Positions 1-13,276 of a stretch of 64,000 nt of DNA are shown one piece after another. This DNA is from Octopus vulgaris. Lineage: Eukaryota. The notes below the pieces were generated by a model. That model was given only the letters and a program-made list of their open reading frames with translations. It was not told the DNA's origin and made no database searches. Position 1 is the stretch's first letter. Each line of letters starts with the position of its first letter. Location of the stretch: assembly GCA_951406725.2 (NCBI GenBank), contig OX597827.1, positions 80,910,001-80,974,000 on the forward strand, written 5' to 3'. The position numbers and the translations under genes were made by a program.

Positions 1-1106
1 CATACATACACATGCATGCACGTCCACCCACATACACACAGATTTACACACAAAGAAAGCACTCATTAACGCATACACACACACACACACGCGCATAGAC
101 ACACATTTATACACATCCTTATTCAACGACTAACAAAGTCACTCCAGTGAACACACGCCCATTCACACATATACGCACACAGATACACATATGCAACCAC
201 AAACACACATACACACACTTCACATGAAAACATGTTATTTCAGAGAAAAGACCTTGACTCATCAGAAGGAGCAAACATGAAGGTCTCTTGATATGCTTGA
301 AAAACCAGCCAAATGTGCTTAATATATTAAAGAGATGGAAACATCGAATACCGTAGTCTTAGATGCACTATGGATTAAAGACGGGATGGTCATAGCTGGA
401 ACAGCTCTATTTACAGATCTGTTGGATCCTAGGCCTAAACAACACCAAGAAAGACTACATTACATAATGTAGTCTCAGGTACACTGTGGCTGGAGAAAAC
501 AGCAGGAATCCCTTTGCTGAGTCAGGTGTGAATTTTGAGTAAAGCTACAACCCTGCCTCCTCTCTTTGTGTTTTCTACCACTTCTTTAATGAATTTTGCT
601 CCTTTGAATTAAACAGTGGTAGATACTTAACCCTCTTCTCTTTCTCTGTTCCTCTCACCCTCGGCCACTTTCTCTTTCTCTATGTCTTTCTACCTGTCTT
701 ACTCACGATGATATAGTATGGCCTCTGCTCTAAACAATCTGTTAACTCTTCACCTTTCACATCAGTGAGGAAAGCAAGGATCACCCCAGCTTTAAACTGT
801 CCTTTTTTTTAAATTTGTGTTTCCTGAAGAATGGAGGTTGCCTTATATGGATGGTTAATAGGAGAGTGAATGATGGGCGACCTAAGGTGGCACAGTGGCA
901 GAGTGTTTTGAATGCTAGGCAGAATACCTCACAGCATTTGTTTCAAGTCTTTATGCTCTGAGTTCGAATCCCACCAAAGTCAATTTTGTCTAGCTTGACC
1001 GATAGAAGCACTGACCTATAGAGAATTATTTCTAAAATAGGGACAACTTGCTTCACCTCTTTTGATTTTCAATCTGTTAATGTTGTTTGGCCCCAGGTAA
1101 TGTACC

Positions 1107-1297
1107 TATTTCTTTACTACCCACAAGGGGCTAAACACAGAGGGGACAATCAAGGACAGACGTGCGTAACTGGTACTTATTTAATCGACCCCGAAAGGAT
1201 GAAAGGCAAAGTCGGAATTTGAACTCAGAACGTAGTGGCAGAGGAAATACTGCTACGCATTTCGCCCGGCGGGCTAACGTTTCTGCCAGCTTGCCGC
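1107..1297 (-). mobile_element. tRNA-derived SINE (ggcggc.agctggcaga family) with ~15-16-bp TSD, nested in an older repeat
   Basis: ccccaggtaatgtacc at 1091-1106 and 1297-1312; A-box-like tggcagaaacg, B-box gagttcaaattcc, central gactttgcctttcatcctttcggggtcgat domain. Confidence 0.9.
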
Positions 1298-2259
1298 CCC
1301 AGGTAATGTACCATCAAACAAACACATAATCAAAAGCCATCTTGGACTACACTACATAATGGTACTCCTTCAGTTTTTCAAGAAGGTATGGCAAAATTTG
1401 AGGGAGATTTTTAGCTGTTATTTCTAGCAAGCCACACCTTGTTGCTTAATTGTTGTTGTTTGGTCCCAGGGTGGCCCTAATCCAGTAGGCTTATGAATGG
1501 ACACTAGCAATTTCAGCTGTATTCAAACAGCAAATCCACAACATCAAGAGTGTTCTTCATTTTTAAGATTGGTAAAGAGAGATTTGAGGAAGCATTAGCT
1601 ACTATTTCTAAAAGATCTATTGATTGAGTAATAGGTCCCTCATTGGCTCGTGCTGGTTATTATTGTTGCACTCATCAATACCTGGTAGTGTTACTGACAA
1701 CCCCTAACAGTCCATCCCTCCACCAACCCGTACCACAATTTAGTCATCAATAACAAACCAGAAACATCATTAACTGCTCTCCTTCACTGGTTTCCTGTTT
1801 GTAACGATCTATTATTTGGTGGTATTGGTTGGTTGGTGGATGTTGGTGTAATGGTAGAGGTGGCAGTGGTGGCGGTGGTGGTGGTGGATTGTGTTGGAGC
1901 TGATGGAAGTTGTGGCAGTGGTGGTGGGTTGTGGTGGCGTGGTGGTGGTGGCCGTGGTGGTGGTGGCTGTGGTGGTGGTGGTGGTTGTGATGTTGGGGTG
2001 GTAGGGGTAATATGGTAGATGTAGTGTTAGTGATTGTGGCGATGACTGTGGCTGTGATGGTGGTGGAGTGGTGGTAGTGGTGATACTAATGGTGGGATGG
2101 CTATGGTATTGGAGTGACTGTGATGGTGATGGTAGTGGTGGTGGTGATCAAACTAGTTTATTCCATTGGACTATTAACTGCTCCACTCCACCCCACATCA
2201 TCCAACAAGGTTAATGATATCAGGTAATGTATCTGGTGTGAGGGTGTTTGGTGGGGAAA

Positions 2260-2650
2260 CGGGAAAACGTTACCAGTCAAAACAGTCACAATTCTAGTTA
2301 CAAAAAATTCACAGACCAAAAAGTTTATATTTTTGCTAGGAAAAGATGTCATAGGCCAAAAACTGATAATTTTGGTTTGGAAAAGTCACAATTTTGGCTT
2401 GGAAGAATATTTCAGACCAAAAGCTCAGAATTTTGACTTTGAAAAGAGTAACAGGCTGAAAAAATGGCAATTTTTCAATACCAAAAGGTAACAGGGCAGA
2501 AATCCCAATTTTGTCAAGGAAAAAGGAAAAAGTTCAAACATCAATATTTTGGCTGGGAAAATGTCACAAGTTTGACGAGGAAAGGTTACACTCCAAAGAG
2601 TATGGACAAAAGGGACAATTTTGGCTGGGAAAACATCACAGGCAAAATCT
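2260..2650. repeat. Degenerate ~39-bp minisatellite (~10 units)
   Basis: Recurrent aattttggct.ggaaaa.gtcacaggccaaaa with anchors about 38-40 bp apart. Confidence 0.65.
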
Positions 2651-2837
2651 GCCAATCTATTGTAACATGTTAAAAATTTATTAAACTAAATGTTTTGAGT
2701 TTATTTCCTGAATTTTCATGATTTTTATAAAACAATAATACAGTTTTAATGTGAGTGAATATGTATCGCATTTTGTCTGTCTGTCTATATATGTATGTAT
2801 GTATGTTTGTATGTATGTATATATATATGTATGTATG

Positions 2838-2896
<59 letters not shown>

Positions 2897-2980
2897 TTTA
2901 TTGAAAAGCAGCAAAAATATCACAAAAACTGTTACTCAGAGTTGGGAATGCACATGATGTTATTTAAATCATTTATACCA

Positions 2981-3025
<45 letters not shown>

Positions 3026-3125
3026 GGTAAAGAATTATTAATTTAATAATTAATAAATTTTACCAAGTAGTTTCGGTATGGAAAGAGAACCATTATCGGT
3101 AGGAACTTTTGCAAAAAATTTTTGA

Positions 3126-3348
3126 TATATAAATATAATTAAGGGTTAAGCAACAAGATGCTTCACCATATACGGAATATTTAGAAATAGCAGCCAAAGA
3201 CAGCTTATTCCTTTTTACTACAGATATTACAAGTATTGTTATCTGTGGAGTAATATCTGTAGTAAAAAGGAATAAGCTGTCTTTGGCTGCTATTTCTAAA
3301 TTTTCCGTATGTGGTGAAGCAACTTGTCACTTAACCCTTAATTATATT

Positions 3349-3353
<5 letters not shown>
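3126..3353. repeat. Long inverted repeat (~105-bp arms, 19-bp spacer) within a TA-flanked element (~3022-3353)
   Basis: 3126-3230 (...ttagaaatagcagccaaagacagcttattcctttttactacagatattac) is the reverse complement of 3250-3353 with few mismatches. Confidence 0.85.
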
Positions 3354-3404
<51 letters not shown>

Positions 3405-3592
3405 ATTTGAGGAAGTTAAGTTCTCATTATTATGGATTATATAATCCAAGGTATTCCACCGGTTCAATCCGCATCATATAATGGTGAAATCATTTGTATA
3501 TGTTTAGGGTTATTGAAATTATTAATATGGAGGGAAAAACAAGGAGAAGAAATTGGAGAATAAGTGGATGTAATTATTAATATATTTACATG

Positions 3593-3662
<70 letters not shown>

Positions 3663-3665
<3 letters not shown>

Positions 3666-3826
3666 CACTACACTCACGTAGTGGTTGGCGTTAGGAAGGG
3701 CAACCAGCTGTAGAAACACTGCCAAATCAGACTAGAGCCTGGTGCAGCCTCCATGGCTTCCAGACCCCGCTCGAACCGTCCAACCCATGCTAACGTGGAA
3801 AACGGACGTTAAATGATGATGATGAT
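3663..3826 (+). mobile_element. Short RTE-family 3' tail
   Basis: acccactacactc..gtggttggcgttaggaagggca...ccgtccaacccatgct...ggacgttaaatgatgatgat. Confidence 0.85.
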
Positions 3827-6682
3827 ATATGTGTGTGTGTGTGTATGTATGTATGTATATACATATATACATGTGCTTATGTCAGCAAAAGTAGAAGAAA
3901 CACCAACCAGCTATTGTATGGGGTATAACTACTTTTTGGCAGTTATTCCACCCAAATTAAACGGTTATTTCTTTGTTACTCATGTCACACAACAAGGCCC
4001 TACTAAGTGTAAAGGGCAACGAGTAGCTCTGTTGCATCCAATGCTATAAAGATCATCTCCCTCGAAGCTAACTGCTATCATAAAGCCAGATCTCTTGGTG
4101 CTGGTATTACCAAGAAGTTTGGTTGTTTAAAGAAATCTAGTGACTGGGGAGAAACAGAAAAATATGAATGTTTTGGGTGATAGACTCTTTATCAAGAAAG
4201 CTCATGTGTTGATTTCATTCATTTTTTATCAAATATATTTACTACTTTGAACATTCACTTATATACGCATATACATACATACTTGCATACATACATGCAC
4301 ATTTGTGTGTGTGAGTATACTACCTGTCAGTTATAATGTTATCACAGTTCCATAAAAACACTGTTGGAGTTAAAGTGATAGTATATTGTCTACACCATTT
4401 CCTGTGTTGTTATGTTTTCAAAGTGGAGACAAGCACCTCCACCCAGCAAAGCCAGTATCCAGAGGCTAGTTTCCTAGGGCTAAATAACAGTAGCATTCTT
4501 CCCTTTCATGGGACTGTCACATTAAGTTGACAACATACTATCACTTTATCGTGCTGCTACTGCATAAATCTCTCTGAGAGATTTCGAAATGTATTATAAC
4601 TGTTGGAGTTGTTATGAGGAAGCATCTATGAGATCATTCGATCAGCTAGAAGTAGCACCCAAATCCTCTTTAATTTTCACTCAAATAATATCCTTCTCTT
4701 TTTCACAAACATTACTGCTGCCGCTGCCACCACCACCACCACCACCACCACCACCACCACCACCACCAACAACAACAACAACCGTTACCCCCACCACTAC
4801 TACCACTACAGTATTACATCTGACCCCAAGCTCTCCTTAAAGTGACTATAAAAATAAAAAGGGATCAAATTGATTTAAGATTTCTGGGAAGTTGTTTTTT
4901 TGGTGTAGAAGAGGAGGTGAGGGGGAGAGGAGGGGGTGTATTCGTAGTTGTAAAAGGGAGTAATTTTATAAAAGAAGGAAAAGGGTGGCTGGGTGGTGGT
5001 GGGGTGCTGTGTTGTTTTTTTTTCAAGAGAAATGGATTCATAATGGATTTTTTCTTTTGAATTTTCAGAATTGATGGTGGTTGTGGTGGTGGTGATGGCA
5101 CATTGATGTGTGTGGGGGTAGAGTCAGGGTGGTGATGGTGATGTAACGACACCATTATTGCTGTTGTTTAACCACAAGTCAACCCTGATCCAGCCATGAC
5201 CATTCCACCAAATATACATCCAAGACTATAGCATCATATATAACATTCTTTTTGCTAAAGATAGGAGGGTGACTTGGTTATCATTTCTAGCAACAAGAAG
5301 ATCTTACATTGACTTGTTGTTGTTGTTTAGCCCGAGGTCAAAATGTTCCTGGGACCAGGTTGTAGTATGTGGTGTGGTGTGTAGTACATAGTATATAAGG
5401 TGGTGTATTATGCAGGAGCAGTGTATACAACACAGCACAGAGTCTATGAGTGGTTGATATTTCTTCAGCTGAAATTAATTTTTTCTTCATTTTCAATTAT
5501 TTTTTTCTCAGTTGAAATTAAAATTTACTGAGTTGAAATAAATTTTTTCTTTATTGAGATCAATATTCTCTCTCTCTCTCTCTCTGACTCACTCTCTTTT
5601 TCTCTTTCTGTTTCTGTCTTTGTTTTTCTCTCTCTCTCCAAGACAAAAGGTTAGTCTTGAAATGTCACATTCCAATTCTCTAAACGATTCACCAATTAAA
5701 CAAACTCCCCACTCCACACACAATCATCAAGGAATAATTTTAAGGAGCTGCAGTGTGGCTTGGGTAGCAGAGTGTTAGTCTACACTCCACAGAGTAGCAG
5801 AGTGTTAGTTTTGAGTATCACTAATGGCGTCCACTCTGTTGTCATCCAGTTTCACACCACCATTTGGTTCTTGGGTATCTTTAGTGGTGTCCACTCTTTG
5901 GTCAACGTTCAGGTAGAGTCACCAGTCTTTTAATGTTGTTTGTTGACTGTTTTGTTGAGTCTCATAACACTTCACCTTTAGCAAGTGTCTTTAATTGTAT
6001 TTCTAGGCCAACAAATGCCTTGTTTATGAATCTGGTAGATGGAAACTGTGTGAAACCCATCATATACGTGTGTGTGCATGTGTGTGAGTTCCTATGTGAA
6101 TGTCTACATTCTGTGCTTTGCGTGAAAAATCTTTAAACTAAAATGGTAAATTTTATTGTCATTTTTGCCTGACAAACTCTCTATTGAATCTGCAGTTTTA
6201 AAGACATGAAGAATAATAATTTCTTTATTTGAAATACAGAAAAGGATTAGCAACAATAAGAGCATCTGGCATTAAAACAACACCTTAATAATAAGCATTC
6301 ACCTAACCCATGCCAGTACGGACAAACAGATGTCAATGAATGAACTTAGTCAGGGTGGGAAAAGTAGCGTCTGTGAGATATTTCAGGGTTTCTATGACTT
6401 ATGGAAGCAAGGGAGTTGTTCTTAGAGCTGGCCAATCAGAAGAGTCTAACAATAAAGCCAGCTGGGATTTGGATAGTGGTGGTGTTCATCCCGGTTCCAC
6501 TAGACACAAAAAGCAGTTTCTTTTTCCATTTTCCTGTGACCAGTTTTGTTTTCCTTACAGAAAGACCATTTGTGGCTGATGATTAGTCTATGGTTAACCA
6601 ATAAATGAATATAAACACACACACACACACACAAACAGGCATATATTTGTGTGTGCGTGTGTGGGTGGGTGGGTGAGTGTAT

Positions 6683-7286
6683 ATCATCATCATCATCATT
6701 CATTTTCCATGCTAGTATGGGTTGGCCGGTTCGATTGGGCTATGGGAAGCCAGGAAGCTGCACCAGGCTCCAGTCTGATCTGGCAGTGTTTCTACAGCCG
6801 GATGCCCTTCCTAATGCCAAGTACTCTGAGAGTGTAATGGGTGCTTTCTACGTGCCACTGGCACAGGGGCCAGAGGGGGTTGGCAATGACCACAATCTGT
6901 TGGTGCTTTTTACGTGCTACCGGCATGGAAGCCAGTCAAGACAGTGCTGGCATTGGCCACGTTCGGATGGTGCTTTTTACGTGCCACCGGCACAGGAATC
7001 ACATCTTCAATTTCCATTTGATTTTGGTTTTGATTTATTTGACTCAATAGGTCTCCTCAAGCACAGCATGTTGCCCTACGATCCAAGGTACCTTTGAGTG
7101 GGCTGGTTATGGGACACTGGTCTAGGTTACAGCTGTGAACTCACTTTATTTGACGGGTCTTCTCAGTCACAGCATACCTCCAGGGGTCTTGGTCTTTTGT
7201 CATTGCCCCTGTGAGGCCCAACATTCGAAGGTCATGCTTCATCACCTCATCCCATGTTTTCCTGGGTCTCCCTCTACCCTCGCACA
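6683..7286 (-). mobile_element. RTE LINE 3' end (ORF C-terminus, 3' UTR, (GAT)n tail)
   Basis: GRGRPRKTWDEVMKHDLRMLGLTGAMTKDQDPWRYAVTEKTRQIK*, then a UTR with gtaaaaagcacc repeats and the aggaagggcatc...aacccat..agcatggaaa tail. Confidence 0.85.
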
Positions 7287-7551
7287 CAATACATTAAAAA
7301 TAACACTGGAGAATTATACATCCTCAAAAGCTTGTTTATTATGCTATTATATATACAAAGCATTTATTTTAAATCTCTGTCCGACACACGCTTCTATTGC
7401 ATAGCTGTCCTAAGAGGTGGCATCCAGTTGCATCCTATTGGTCCAGTTGAATATATATTCAACCAAGATATACACATCCATGCACCTTTATTCAAGGTGT
7501 TACTACTAGGGTCTTTTAAGTGAACTGATATATATATGTATATATATATAT

Positions 7552-8048
7552 GTGGCCGTTTGCCAGCTCTGTCTGGTCCCTGTGTCGGTGGCACGTAAAA
7601 GCACCATCCGTTCGTGTCCGTTGACACGTAAAAGCACCATCCGTTCGTGGCCGTTTGCCAGCTCTTTCTGGCCCCCGTGTCGGTGGCACGTAAAAGCACC
7701 ATCCGTTCGTGTCCGTTGCCAGCATCGCCTGGCCCCGTGCCGGTGACACGTAAAAGCACCATCCGTTCGTGTCCGTTGCCAGCATTGCCTGGCCCCGTGC
7801 CGGTGACACGTAAAAGCACCATCCGTTCGTGGCCGTTTGCCTGCTCTGTCTGGCACCTGTGCGGGTGGCACGTAAAAAGCACCCACTACACTCATTGAGT
7901 GGTTGGCGTTAGGAAGGGCATCCAGCCGTAGAAACACTGCCAGATCTGACTGGGCCTGACGAAGCCTTCCAGCTTCACAGACCTCAGTTGAACCGTCCAA
8001 CTCATGCTAGCATGGAAAGCGGACGCTAAGTGATGATGATGATGATGA

Positions 8049-8052
<4 letters not shown>
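7552..8052 (+). mobile_element. RTE 3' UTR/tail with ~59-bp internal tandem repeats (~5 units)
   Basis: Unit cacgtaaaagcaccatccgttcgtg(g/t)ccgtt..gccagc repeated 7552-7880, then the standard tail to (GAT)n. Confidence 0.85.
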
Positions 8053-8102
<50 letters not shown>

Positions 8103-8103
<1 letters not shown>

Positions 8104-8213
8104 GGCTTCATTCCTTGCGAGCTTACGCATGTTCTCAGCAGTCACAGCCCATGTTTCACTGCCATGTAGCATGGCTGTTCATACACATGCGTCATACAGT
8201 CTACCTTTTACTC
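8103..8213 (-). mobile_element. Internal RTE RT fragment
   Basis: Minus strand translates VKGRLYDACV*TAMLHGSETWAVTAENMRKLARNEA. Confidence 0.75.
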
Positions 8214-8925
8214 CATCATCATCATCATCATCATTATCATTACTGAATGAGAGAGTAACGCATGCCATCCAAGTGACACGGGTATAAATATATGAAGGCC
8301 AATATACCCATCATGACAGCCTGTCTGATAAGGGTTCACCAGGCACATGCATCACAACCATATGCATGTGACATGGGGCCCTTCCTAATACCTTCCACTT
8401 TATGGTATGGATTAGTATTTATTCTTTTGATGGCACTGGCACAAGCATGGCCACCGTGCAGCCTGCAAGACTAAAGTTTCTTTGGACTGAGAGGGGTTAC
8501 AAGAGAGAGAGGGGTCACTTTGTGCTCGAAGAGAGTGTGAGAGAAGGACCAGGAAGAGACAGGTTCCTTGCTCTGCAGGAATTACATGGTTACTCGCAAC
8601 ATCTCTGTCCAAGATATACTATGACAACAGTTAAGAGGGGTGTGTGTGTGTGTGGGGGGGAAAGGTTATAATGAGGATGGGCGTAGGTGGGTGATGGTGT
8701 GGATTGTTAGGTTGAGGATAGTATTTAATAATGGTGGTGGTGGTGGTGATGATGATTGTTAGTAAGTAAGAAACAACAACTTTTATCCATGTGAGACAAC
8801 CAAAATCTCCAACATGTTGCCCCCCCCCCCCCCACCGCCTCTGCCGCTTAATCCCTTCAACTCCTCTTCCACCACCCCTCCCCCCACAACACCCTGTAAT
8901 TTGGGATGAATTATCTCTCTAATGC

Positions 8926-8984
8926 AATGATGATGATGATGATGTTCATGATGGTGGTGGTGGTGGTGGTGGTGATGATAATGG

Positions 8985-9027
<43 letters not shown>

Positions 9028-9061
9028 CATGATGGTGGTGGTGGTGGTGGTGGTGGTGAAT

Positions 9062-9100
<39 letters not shown>

Positions 9101-9148
9101 TTCATGATGGTGGTGGTGGTGGTGGTGGTGGTGATGATAATGGTGAAT

Positions 9149-9184
<36 letters not shown>

Positions 9185-9229
9185 TTCATGATGGTGGTGG
9201 TGGTGGTGGTGGTGATGATAATGGTGAAT

Positions 9230-9265
<36 letters not shown>

Positions 9266-9310
9266 TTCATGATGGTGGTGGTGGTGGTGGTGGTGATGAT
9301 AATGGTGAAT

Positions 9311-9346
<36 letters not shown>

Positions 9347-9391
9347 TTCATGATGGTGGTGGTGGTGGTGGTGGTGATGATAATGGTGAAT

Positions 9392-9427
<36 letters not shown>

Positions 9428-9472
9428 TTCATGATGGTGGTGGTGGTGGTGGTGGTGATGATAATGGTGAAT

Positions 9473-9516
<44 letters not shown>

Positions 9517-9727
9517 ATTGATGATGTTGCTAGTGATGATGGTGATGATGATAATGATGATACTGACAGCAGTGATTGTGGTGATGATAGTAATGTTGAT
9601 GGCGGTAAAAGTAATGGTAATAATGATGGTGATGATCATGATGAAGATAGAGATGATGATGATGATGATGTTACTAGTGATGATCATGATAATGATGATG
9701 ATGGTGATGATGATGATGATGATGATA

Positions 9728-9759
<32 letters not shown>

Positions 9760-9905
9760 AATGATGATGATGATAAAGATGATGATGGTGATGATGATGA
9801 TAAAGACAATGATGATGATGGTGATGAGGATGATGATGATGAGGATGATAATGTTGATGAAGGTGATGATGATGATGATGATAATGATGATGATGTTTAT
9901 GATGA
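8926..9905. repeat. Compound (GAT)n/(GGT)n tract with 81-bp higher-order repeat
   Basis: gaatatg anchors at 9058, 9145, 9226, 9307, 9388, 9469. Confidence 0.95.
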
Positions 9906-10421
9906 CGATCCAACCTTTAAGACTTCAGTGAAATTTATTGACAAAATTCTGTTGTTTTCCTTGTAGTGTCTCCTGGCTGCCATTAGAAGTGTTTCTGTTC
10001 AGAATCAGTGGCAAGGGGTGGTGGAAGGATTGGTAGCGAGGGCAAGACCTCCATCCACACAATCTAACAACATACATTTACATAATCTAATAATGCATAC
10101 AGATGCACATGCATAATGTAATGTCACACAAACATACAAACACACACATACAAACACACACATACACACTCACACATACACACTCACACATACAAACACA
10201 CACATACAAACACACACATACAAACACACACATACAAACACACACATACACACTCACACACGCATCGAAATGTCACATGGGATTATATGAACATTCTTGC
10301 ACGCATACATACAGCATATAAAAACATATACATACATATACACACATATATATATATACATACATACATACATACATATAATATGTATGCATCAATGCAT
10401 ATATATGCAAATATATGTATT

Positions 10422-10468
<47 letters not shown>

Positions 10469-10623
10469 CTATATATATATATACACATACACCCCACACA
10501 CTCATACTACACAAATCTCAGAAATGTGTGTGTATGTTCTATTATATATATACATATATGTATTCATACATATTTATATATATATGTATAAATATATTCA
10601 AGCATATATGTGTGTGTGTGTGT

Positions 10624-10658
<35 letters not shown>

Positions 10659-10806
10659 AACATATACACACAAAAATATAAATGTATATATACATATATA
10701 TATACACACATACATATATTCATATGTATACATACTTGTACATTGTATGTGTGTGTTTGTGTGTGTACATATGCATGTATACATACACATTGACATTAAA
10801 TGCCAA

Positions 10807-10846
<40 letters not shown>

Positions 10847-10973
10847 TGCTGACACATTTCACGCTACAGCCACGTCCCCTTTCTGTATTCAGATCCTCCA
10901 AACCCGACACCGTTTCATGATGCTGCAAATGTCTTGGTGGTTGTGTAATTCTCTCACCTTCGTTCTCTTTCAG

Positions 10974-11216
10974 CTGCCAACACAGATACACAAGTAACAG
11001 CATCACCAGCAGCATCATCAGCATCAAGATCATCATTGCTGAAAACAGCAGCAGCAGCAGTGATAATATAAGAGCAGCAATTGCAAGAAGAAGAACAACA
11101 AGTCTCAACAGAATCATTGTTATTACAAAAATACCAACAACAAAAACAAGAGCAATACTACGTCCAACACCAGCACCAGCACCACCAGCACCTATACCAC
11201 CAATACCACCAATAAC
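10974..11216 (+). other. Candidate host-gene exon (243 bp)
   Basis: Polypyrimidine tract ttctctcaccttcgttctctttCAG (AG ends 10973) and donor GTGAGT at 11217; length divisible by 3 and open in phase 2, but low complexity. Confidence 0.45.
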
Positions 11217-11516
11217 GTGAGTCAATGAAGGGGCCACTTTGTGGTCTCCCAACTGGCTAAAAATAGCAGCCAAATTCTCTGAAATGATAATACAGTACTA
11301 TCTTAAAAAAAGGAAGGACTCTTTTGAGCAAAGTGGAGATAGATATACAGAAAGACAGGATGGTCATGGCGGGAACGTCTTTGATTATAGGTCCATGACT
11401 GAACTGTAGCTAAACAATAACAACAACAACAACAACAACAACATCAGTAACAACAGCAACAACAACATTGTGAGTAAGAAGAAGGAAAATGAAGTGAAGT
11501 GTGAAAGGTGGGAGGG

Positions 11517-11565
<49 letters not shown>

Positions 11566-11896
11566 GAGAGAGGCAGAGGGGGAGAGAGAGAGGAAGAACT
11601 GGTGTAAAAGATTAAAAGACAAAGAGAATAAAGGAATATATGAATAGTGAATAACAACAGAGCTGAGGAAGTGATGTCACACACGCACATACACACACAC
11701 ACACACAGACACACACAAACACACACATCATATCATGTATGCATGTATACACATAGTCATACATGCATATATCAGCACAAAAATATACATCCCTACACAT
11801 GTATACATATACATATATGAACACACACACATAGACACATAGACACAGTTATAAACATAAATACATACACATATGTATACACAAAGTTATACATAC

Positions 11897-11984
<88 letters not shown>

Positions 11985-12971
11985 ACATATATATATATAT
12001 ACATACACATACATGCATACGTACGTACATACACACATGCAGCCATACATTGTTATACACCAATACACACAGTATGTCCACCCCCTCTTCTTAGATGTCA
12101 ATTAACACTATTGTGTTGGTTAAATTCTGTGTGTGTGTGTGTGTATGTGTGTATGTGTGTGCATATATATGTGTGTCTGTCTTTGTGACTGTGCTTGTCC
12201 CCCACCACTCCTACACACCAATGTTGGTGTGTTTACATCCCTGTAAATTAGCATTTCGGCAAAAGAGGCCAACAGAATAAGTAGTAGGCTTTTTTAAAAA
12301 AAGCCCTGGGGTTGATTTCCTCAACTTAAAACCCGTCAAGGCAGTGCCCCAGCATGGCTGACATTAAAGATACAGTATTTGTCACAGTGTAACATTGGGT
12401 GTAACTGCATAAGTATCTGTATCATTAATTGTTTGTTACTGTAACTGTATGTATGATGGTGTGTAACAATGAGTGTACTAATGTCTGTAATTGTATCTTT
12501 GTGTGACAGCATGTGTAACAGTATATGTAATAGCATCAGTAACTCTATGTGTAACAGTATTTTGGTGTTACTGTGTGTTACAAGTAAACTGTGTGTGTAT
12601 GTGTAACTTAAGTATAACTACATGTAACTGTGTGTATGTAACAGTGGGTGTAACCCTGTGTAACTACATGTAACAGTAGATATACAATAGTGTCTGTAAC
12701 ACTGTGTATGACACAGTGTTAGTAACTGTATCTGTGTGTGACAGCGTTATTGTATTACTGTGTGTGTTAATGTTACTCAATGTGTTACAGCCTGAATGTG
12801 ACGATGCTAAGGCTGTCTTATTCTGTGTAAGCGTGTGCCTCTCTCTCTGATTGTGTATGTGAGTCTGTGACTATATCTATGCGTGTGTTTCTCTTTGGTG
12901 CTATGTGGATCTACATGTCTTACCTTATATGTGTGAGTGTGTATGTAACAATTCTTCTGTTTGTGTATGTG

Positions 12972-13008
<37 letters not shown>

Positions 13009-13221
13009 GTATATATATGTGCATACATATGTGTGTGTATGTCTGCACACATGCACGCACTCACAAAAACACCTCTAACAGCTTCACAGCGATTATCCCC
13101 TTCTACCACGCAGAAACGGTGTACAGCCGCCTCTCCTCCCCTCCCCCACTTCTCCCTCCCCCTCCCCTTCCCTCCATCCTTCATCAGCTGACATCAATGA
13201 CCAATGACCAATATATACATG

Positions 13222-13276
<55 letters not shown>

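Noticed and set aside
225-270. CTGATGA...GAAA on the minus strand
   Set aside because: Intervening sequence does not form stem II.
3058-3105. Possible hammerhead on minus (ccgataa-t-ggt...acc-gaaac)
   Set aside because: Core has two substitutions, and stem III and the cleavage triplet do not form; cannot be supported from this copy.
3401-3590. TA-flanked ~190-bp block with the 16-bp palindrome tggattatataatcca
   Set aside because: Probably another small element, but single copy here with no ribozyme core or TIR/TSD to classify it.
8906-9931. 341-aa ORF and the many [16 protein letters not shown] ORFs across the window
   Set aside because: Translations of microsatellites that lack stop codons in some frames; no domain content.
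10542-11273. 243-aa minus-strand ORF with hydrophobic stretch
   Set aside because: Antisense reading of CAG/CAA-rich sequence plus microsatellite; starts inside a dispersed repeat.
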